From: a virus
Taxonomy: Duplodnaviria; Caudoviricetes
Virus record (IMG/VR): IMGVR_UViG_3300032233_002382
Span: 224,001-288,000 of that record
Reading direction: 5' to 3' (one strand)
Length of the DNA stretch: 64,000 nucleotides
The notes beneath the pieces are model-generated. The model made no database searches and was not told where the DNA came from. It worked only from the letters and a program-made list of their open reading frames with translations. The position numbers and the translations under genes are program-made. Shown here in pieces: positions 58,371 to 64,000 of the stretch. How positions within the stretch are numbered: the first letter of the stretch is position 1; the number at the start of each line of letters is the position of its first letter.

Positions 58371-58409
58371 TGAATGAACTCGCCTGAGTCCCCCAAGCGA
58401 GTTCATTCA
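58371..58409 (-). terminator. 13-bp hairpin downstream of 58438 gene
   Basis: TGAATGAACTCGC-13nt-GCGAGTTCATTCA followed by TATT on minus strand. Confidence 0.55.
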
Positions 58410-58437
58410 CATTGAAATGCACTTTAAATGCAAAGTA

Positions 58438-59142
58438 TTACATCATTGAAATCGAGCGGAGTGCTTCTACAACGGCTTGTTCGGCGGTTAAATCACCACC
58501 CTCAGCGTCATTCGGGTCGGTTAGCGGAAGTGACTGATAATAATAGTTGCTATCGTCGCCACCTGCCCCGCGCCACACTGCTACCTCTCCTAATATTTCT
58601 ATGGCGTTTCTAGGACTCGCTTTAAGATGCCTGATCATATTGTTTACAAGTGCTTTACCCTTGCGACCAGTACCGTCACCAACGTGCTCATCATTCGTGA
58701 GTATGACATCGAACCCAGATCCATCTGTTTCAAGGGTCGTGTCTTCAGAAACGCTGGAAGCATTTACACAATCAACGTAGTCTTTGGATGAATATATGGC
58801 ATTAAGCATAGGTTCTTCTACAGTAAACATATCGAAATCCAAGTCCTCCCTAAGGTCATCTAAATTAAAACCGCTAACGTGCTCTGATTCCATATCATGA
58901 CCGGCTATTTCTAAGGAAATCTTCCGAACAAATGGCTGACCACGAAACGTTCCAGTAACATGGAAATCTGGATACGCGTCAGAACCCCCAACTCTCTGAA
59001 CAGCAGTAATCACCACATCTGAGGCAAGCGCAGCAACCATTCGACGCAGATCAGAAAGCACCAGATCGCGCCTTGGAGTTTTGGAGGATTCCAAGGCGGC
59101 TGCAATGCGCTTCAGTCCTAATGCTAATTCTTTAGGTGACAT
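58438..59142 (-). CDS. Hypothetical protein sharing N-terminal module with 38511
   Basis: MSPKELALGLKRIAAALESSKTPRRDLVLSDLRRM. Confidence 0.6.
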   Translation of the reverse strand: MSPKELALGLKRIAAALESSKTPRRDLVLSDLRRMVAALASDVVITAVQRVGGSDAYPDFHVTGTFRGQPFVRKISLEIAGHDMESEHVSGFNLDDLREDLDFDMFTVEEPMLNAIYSSKDYVDCVNASSVSEDTTLETDGSGFDVILTNDEHVGDGTGRKGKALVNNMIRHLKASPRNAIEILGEVAVWRGAGGDDSNYYYQSLPLTDPNDAEGGDLTAEQAVVEALRSISMM

Positions 59143-59186
59143 GTAGGCTCCTTATATGAACTTACTATATCAGAAGTTTAAGCACA

Positions 59187-60008
59187 TTATTCCATCGTCA
59201 AAATCTGCGCGTCGCCGCGATCTCTAAACTGCGGAAGTGAGACTTCGTGGAGGATGTTGAAGTGTTTGTCACTAATAGCGAAGAACACGGTATAATATTT
59301 TCCATATCTTGAGTTATTTACTGTCACTCTCAAAGCCTCGTCTGCAGACTCGAGTTCTTTCTTAGCAATTTCGAGTTCTTCTGCTGACGATTTTACATCG
59401 TCATTAGCTATACCATGCTTAATAAGCATGGCTACACGCGTGTGTTTTTCCCTTATCTCTTCCTTAATAAGTTCTTTTATCTTATTCAAAGCGCGAAAGA
59501 ATCGATGTCTAACCCGACCCTGGGTCAAACCCATTTGTTTTGCTATTTCTGACTGGCAGGTAGTTTCGTACATTCTCCAAAGAATTTCTCGATCCTGATC
59601 TGAGAACTTCGGACCTAACTCGACATCAAAATCGCGCTTCTCTAATTCCGGAATCGTTCTGAGAAACTGGATGCGTTTAATTCCTCGATGAAGACGATAA
59701 GAAACGGCCGCTTGAGTGATTCTAAAAAGCTTTGCGATTTGCTCTTGCTTCATACGGTCTTTATAATATAGCTTTATAAGATCAGACTCACGGGCTGGAA
59801 TTCGCGCTAAAAACTTTTCTATCGAATTATAATCTAGTGCCGCAGTGCCACTAACAATAGTATCGGACAAATCTTCTTCGCTATCTGGAGCGAACGACTT
59901 CTCGATAAAATCGTCAATATTATCTCCATAGAGACTATTGCCCAATTGATACCGGTTGCTGAATCGACCAGAAATCGACGACGGGTCTTGAATAAGAATA
60001 TGTGACAT
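59187..60008 (-). CDS. Transcription regulator with two sigma-70 region-4-like HTH units
   Basis: LYYKDRMKQEQIAKLFRITQAAVSYRLHRG and MYETTCQSEIAKQMGLTQGRVRHRFFRA. Confidence 0.7.
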   Translation of the reverse strand: MSHILIQDPSSISGRFSNRYQLGNSLYGDNIDDFIEKSFAPDSEEDLSDTIVSGTAALDYNSIEKFLARIPARESDLIKLYYKDRMKQEQIAKLFRITQAAVSYRLHRGIKRIQFLRTIPELEKRDFDVELGPKFSDQDREILWRMYETTCQSEIAKQMGLTQGRVRHRFFRALNKIKELIKEEIREKHTRVAMLIKHGIANDDVKSSAEELEIAKKELESADEALRVTVNNSRYGKYYTVFFAISDKHFNILHEVSLPQFRDRGDAQILTME

Positions 60009-60084
60009 TGATCTCCTTAAGAAACCATGAAGGGTGATTTAAATTTAGTCTAGTCTAGGAGATCTACCGAACTATACAAAACGG

Positions 60085-60987
60085 CTAAATATCTTCGAAT
60101 ATAGAACTGTTAATGCTCAAGATTTCTTGATCCTGACCAGAATATTTTACCTGCTTCTGACCCTTTGCGCAATACGAAGCCAAGCTCGGTAAAAGCTCGA
60201 ACCCTACTATTTCATAATTTAGAGTCAACTGATCCCTTGAAGACGTAAGACTTTGTTTCTCTTTATCAGTAAGCCAGTCAGGTAACTGGTCGAGCATGGC
60301 TTGCGGAGATTCAAAAGCAGCAAGTTTCGAAGCAGTTGATTTCCTTAATCGATATACCCCTTTAATATTATCCGACGAGTCGCCACAAAGAGTTTTAAAC
60401 ATGCGTACTTCTAATGGATGGATCCGGGGGTGCTTGCCCTTATCGAGCCTACCCCATATATCCATCGACACTTCAGCGTCGACAAAATTAGAAGGATAAC
60501 TTGGCTTAAAAATGATTATTCTCGGATCAGAAAGCAATGAAAAGAAATCTTTATCTTCGCTAATGATAATACGAACCGTATTATCATTAATCGCACAAAA
60601 TGAAGCGATTAAGTCATCAGACTCATGATGCTTACTATGATATATATCGAACCCGGTGTCTAAAAGAGACTTCATTAGACTATCTAAAAAATCAGTGGAA
60701 TCATTAAATACCAAATTTCCAGATTCTCTTCCAGCCTTGTAAGACGGATATAAAGAAATGCGATGACTAGAGATCCCATCGAAAAACACGCTTACAGTCG
60801 AATAATCTCTTATTTTTGAAAGATAAGAGCGAACAAGAGATAAGAATCTATCATTAACTAGTGAGATAGACCTGCTTTCATCATGGGGGCTAAAGTCGTG
60901 CTTTACGGAATGAAAGGCCTTATGCAGAATATTATTCCCATCTATAAGCACATGTCTAACTGTCTCGAGACCGCCGATTTTTCTCAT
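60085..60987 (-). CDS. 5'-3' exonuclease / flap endonuclease (PolA N-terminal family)
   Basis: LIDGNN, ESDDLI, SEDKDF and GDSSDNIKGV motifs. Confidence 0.9.
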   Translation of the reverse strand: MRKIGGLETVRHVLIDGNNILHKAFHSVKHDFSPHDESRSISLVNDRFLSLVRSYLSKIRDYSTVSVFFDGISSHRISLYPSYKAGRESGNLVFNDSTDFLDSLMKSLLDTGFDIYHSKHHESDDLIASFCAINDNTVRIIISEDKDFFSLLSDPRIIIFKPSYPSNFVDAEVSMDIWGRLDKGKHPRIHPLEVRMFKTLCGDSSDNIKGVYRLRKSTASKLAAFESPQAMLDQLPDWLTDKEKQSLTSSRDQLTLNYEIVGFELLPSLASYCAKGQKQVKYSGQDQEILSINSSIFEDI

Positions 60988-61523
60988 GGAATCTTTACTA
61001 CATAGCTCGAAGGGTAGTCCATCAATACGGGTTTAGAAGACAACTGAAGATTTAATTGTACCTTATCACCATTATCGTAGACAGCCGAAATGATACCGGT
61101 AAGGTTCTTGAATGTTCCCTTTAATACCTTCACCTTATCGCCCTTTGCAAACGATCCTATTTTAAGAGCGTCAGTTCCAGACTTCAGTGGTCTAATTTTA
61201 TCATCTGAAAGAAGAGCGTAGTTTTCTCTGTTAGACTTCAGCACTAATTCGAAATAATTGGTAGCATTCAGTTTATTGTAGTTGATACCCGGTCTAAACT
61301 CCACAAAGATGTATCCGTCCATATAAAACATGGTCTGCATATCTTCACGTACTTTTTCAGAAATCGCAGGAATAAATACATTCAGAGGCACTTTAAGTAT
61401 GCGATGAACCGCCCTGACTATGTGGTCGAGGGATTTCTCATGCTCCCCATTCGAAGACAGCTGTACAACAACCCACTGATTTTTTAAAGGGTCAGGCTTA
61501 CTTGAACCTGTCGAGGAAGGCAC
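60984..61523 (-). CDS. NusG-family transcription elongation factor (NGN + KOW)
   Basis: WVVVQ, GYIFVEF and KOW FAKGDKVKVLKGTFKNLTGII; start reassigned to GTG 61523 (AGGAG-N7). Confidence 0.8.
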   Translation of the reverse strand: MPSSTGSSKPDPLKNQWVVVQLSSNGEHEKSLDHIVRAVHRILKVPLNVFIPAISEKVREDMQTMFYMDGYIFVEFRPGINYNKLNATNYFELVLKSNRENYALLSDDKIRPLKSGTDALKIGSFAKGDKVKVLKGTFKNLTGIISAVYDNGDKVQLNLQLSSKPVLMDYPSSYVVKIP

Positions 61524-62868
61524 GAGCAAACTCCTGTTCAGACATAGGCATTTTGTGCCTATCATACTGTACGACAGGAGTCGATTCCTCAGAAATAACG
61601 GTCGGACCCCTAGATGGGGTAATTTTATCATGAAGCGCTGTGATACGCTCGTCCGAATTAAACTTCACACCTTCAATATCGATGGTCTTAGGTTTCGGTA
61701 GCGGTTTAGGAAGTGCAACTGTCTCAGGCCTTATGTCTATCTTCGTAGCCTCTTGAACCGGTGCAAGTGCTGCTTTAGATGAAGTATTCGATTCGACCGC
61801 ATCGATCTTAGTAGGAATCTCCGAGGCAGGTCTAGACGGAATAGATGGAGCATAGACAGCCTGAGGCTCATTGAACAGTATGAATTCAATGTCTGACCAG
61901 GTGATCACTGAACATTTACATAGCTCGATACCAACCGAGTAAAATCTATTATAATTCTTTGTATCTATGAAGTTAGGGGTGTCTACCTCACATTTAACGG
62001 ACCGATATCGCCTTATGGCTTGATTTAAAGCATTAACTATATACTCTCTTGCTACAGATGCACTCTCCGACACTCTTAGACGGTCGAACAAAGAGTACTT
62101 ACTGCCGGATTCCGATGCCACGGAAACAAGCACGTCCCTTACTAACTTGCGAACACTAGCGTTGGTCACATGTTCAAGCCCAGAATGGTCTACCTCACCC
62201 AGATCAATTAACAGAGCCAGCGAGTTCAAAACAGACCTAGGGTGTGAATGGTGAAAATCAATAAGAGTTTTCAGTGCATCTGGGTTAAATTTAACATTCT
62301 TATCATTACAAATGTTCATACAACGATTAAGCAGTAAATCTGAAGGCGGCGGTTTTACAGCAAACTCATCCAAGCGGTCCCGTAACGCAGGTCGTATCTT
62401 AGAGGCTTCAGTCGTACAAGCGATAATAAAAAGTCTTCTATCTTCAATCGACTTAAGAAGCACATCTTGAGCCCCAGCGCTAATCCGATGAGCCTCATCC
62501 AAAATAATAATATTCGCAGCCCCATCCAAAGAGTTGAAATCGCTGTCATCGACAAAAGATCTTATACGGTCGATAGAACCATTTGAAGCAGCATCGAGCT
62601 CTTGAACCGACATATGCCGTTCAGAAAGTATCGAACGGCATATGTCGCATTGGTTACAAGGCTCTCCTTGCACTTTGGACTGGCATAGTACAGCTCGAGT
62701 TACAATACGGGCAAGGCTAGTTTTACCGCAGCCCTTTGGCCCACTAAACAATAGCGAGTGCGACGCTAGCGTGCCGTTGCGGCTCCGATGCAACAGCACC
62801 TGTTTAATAGGGTCATTACCAAGGACCTCAGAAAACGTTCTGGCACGGTATTCTAAATCGAGATGCAT
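61498..62868 (-). CDS. dnaX: DNA polymerase III gamma/tau-like clamp loader
   Basis: YRARTFSEV, GPKGCGKT, C4 Zn motif, ELDAAS, ILDEAH. Confidence 0.88.
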   Translation of the reverse strand: MHLDLEYRARTFSEVLGNDPIKQVLLHRSRNGTLASHSLLFSGPKGCGKTSLARIVTRAVLCQSKVQGEPCNQCDICRSILSERHMSVQELDAASNGSIDRIRSFVDDSDFNSLDGAANIIILDEAHRISAGAQDVLLKSIEDRRLFIIACTTEASKIRPALRDRLDEFAVKPPPSDLLLNRCMNICNDKNVKFNPDALKTLIDFHHSHPRSVLNSLALLIDLGEVDHSGLEHVTNASVRKLVRDVLVSVASESGSKYSLFDRLRVSESASVAREYIVNALNQAIRRYRSVKCEVDTPNFIDTKNYNRFYSVGIELCKCSVITWSDIEFILFNEPQAVYAPSIPSRPASEIPTKIDAVESNTSSKAALAPVQEATKIDIRPETVALPKPLPKPKTIDIEGVKFNSDERITALHDKITPSRGPTVISEESTPVVQYDRHKMPMSEQEFARAFLDRFK

Positions 62869-62874
62869 TTGATC

Positions 62875-63357
62875 CTACTTCGTTTTGAGAATATTCCCAA
62901 GCTCTTGAAGAGCCTCATTCCATTTACCGTGACGAAGAGCAATTTCTGGGAATTCTTGGACCTGGGGCGAACGCAAAGTATATTTCATTTCGCCGGTCTT
63001 AGGATCTTCTTCACCCACGCATCTCATCAGCAAGTGGTCAACCAAGGCCACACGAGCGTGTTCGTTCAAGTCATTCCACACATCCAGAGCCACGACCATT
63101 ATGAAGTCGCACTCACCACCACACAGGTGCTTATCCATGGGAGAAGCCTTCTTAACGTATCCTGGAATCTTCTCCTTCGCTCGCGTTGACGCTTTATTTC
63201 GACAGAGAAACCGGAATTTAGCACTGCTAATATACGGGTGATATCTTGAAATTAAAGTCTTTGATATTTCTGCGGACGCTTCATGGTCATCGAAAAGTAG
63301 AGGGATCGAAACCGACTTCTCTTTAGTGTTACGAACGGCATCATTTTCGGTAGTCAT
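62875..63357 (-). CDS. Phage metallopeptidase-like fold with degenerate HExxH
   Basis: DFIMVVALDVW...ALVDHLLMRC (family usually has HELxH)...EF.EI..RHG.W. Confidence 0.6.
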   Translation of the reverse strand: MTTENDAVRNTKEKSVSIPLLFDDHEASAEISKTLISRYHPYISSAKFRFLCRNKASTRAKEKIPGYVKKASPMDKHLCGGECDFIMVVALDVWNDLNEHARVALVDHLLMRCVGEEDPKTGEMKYTLRSPQVQEFPEIALRHGKWNEALQELGNILKTK

Positions 63358-64000
63358 CGAGATATCTCCTTAAGAATTGCGGTTTTGAACTTCAGGTCAC
63401 CTAATTGCGACCAGAACTCGTTTGGGTCTTTAACCTGACCCCGACTTCCATATTTTACATCGATGACCTCTAAGTCATCCTGAAGTGCATCACGAATTGA
63501 TGAAACACCGTTGCGACCTGCTTCATCCATATCCAAAACGCAGTATACCTTGGTTGCAAATCGCCGAATAAACGACGTTTGAGCCCGGTTAAGATTATTT
63601 GTGAGAATAGACAAACACGGAACGTTTAGACAACGTTCTATGACCAACATATCCGAAGGACCTTCGGCCAAAAACACGGAGCTAGAGTTAAATATTCGAA
63701 GCACATTCGCCGCGCAACCAAAGAATAATGCTTCTGGTCTGTTAGACAACACGAAAGTATCATATCGTTTATAGGTTATATTTCGAGTTTGAATCCCATA
63801 CACTTCACCGCTGTAGCTCGTTAGCGGATAAACAATGCAGTCACTTTGCCTGAAGCGGTCCGATTCCGAGTTACCTTTCAACCACAGAGAAAAGCGACAA
63901 GCATCGCACGAGCAGTCTGAACCACAATCTTTAGAAAACTCAAAGACATCTGATATGAAACCTACTCTATGTCTTGCCCATTGTATATCATTAGAACCAC
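63354..64000 (-). CDS. DNA primase TOPRIM domain (5'-partial)
   Basis: FLAEGPSD, LDMDEAG and KDPNE motifs; frame stays open from the track start (63881) to the window end. Confidence 0.8.
   Translation of the reverse strand, partial: GSNDIQWARHRVGFISDVFEFSKDCGSDCSCDACRFSLWLKGNSESDRFRQSDCIVYPLTSYSGEVYGIQTRNITYKRYDTFVLSNRPEALFFGCAANVLRIFNSSSVFLAEGPSDMLVIERCLNVPCLSILTNNLNRAQTSFIRRFATKVYCVLDMDEAGRNGVSSIRDALQDDLEVIDVKYGSRGQVKDPNEFWSQLGDLKFKTAILKEISR

Noticed and set aside
58204-58437. Short CxxC ORF (MVGYCAYCGRSKNNLDSEY)
   Set aside because: Only 19 codons, no SD, and it sits just downstream of a terminator-like hairpin
61498-62868. dnaX programmed -1 frameshift
   Set aside because: I saw no A-AAA-AAG plus hairpin inside the ORF; not supported
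1-64000. Stop-codon recoding, CRISPR array, DGR or IS element
   Set aside because: Code 11 gives dense, full-length genes ending in TAA, TAG and TGA; I found no repeat-spacer array, reverse transcriptase, template/variable repeat pair or transposase

Overview
64 kb of a large tailed dsDNA phage genome, probably a myovirus from an uncultivated lineage. It reads in standard code 11 and almost all genes are on the minus strand. In transcription order (right to left): (1) a replication/transcription block (TOPRIM primase, DnaX clamp loader, NusG paralog, 5'-3' exonuclease, double sigma-region-4 HTH protein); (2) head genes (candidate TerS, TerL, portal, prohead protease, scaffold, decoration protein, major capsid protein); (3) an accessory island at about 30-38.5 kb (agmatinase, a micro-protein array, SpoU methylase, C39 peptidase, a candidate large structured ncRNA, PLP aminotransferase, pyrimidine-dimer glycosylase); (4) fibre and decoration genes with a PHP-less DnaE inserted on the plus strand; (5) neck and tail-completion genes containing an actin-fold ATPase; (6) a very large tail sheath gene running off the left end. 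The most unusual signals: a ~500-nt multi-domain RNA with its own promoter and terminal hairpin (33.3-33.8 kb); six Zn-finger-like micro-genes joined by four identical 11-nt overlaps; the actin-like ATPase among morphogenesis genes; a short N-terminal R-I-A-x-R-I-A tag on unrelated proteins; nine leaderless gTANNNT-N5/6-ATG promoters; long perfect hairpins ending in TATT; and an ATT-initiated gene. All family calls come from motif recognition by eye; no database searches were run.
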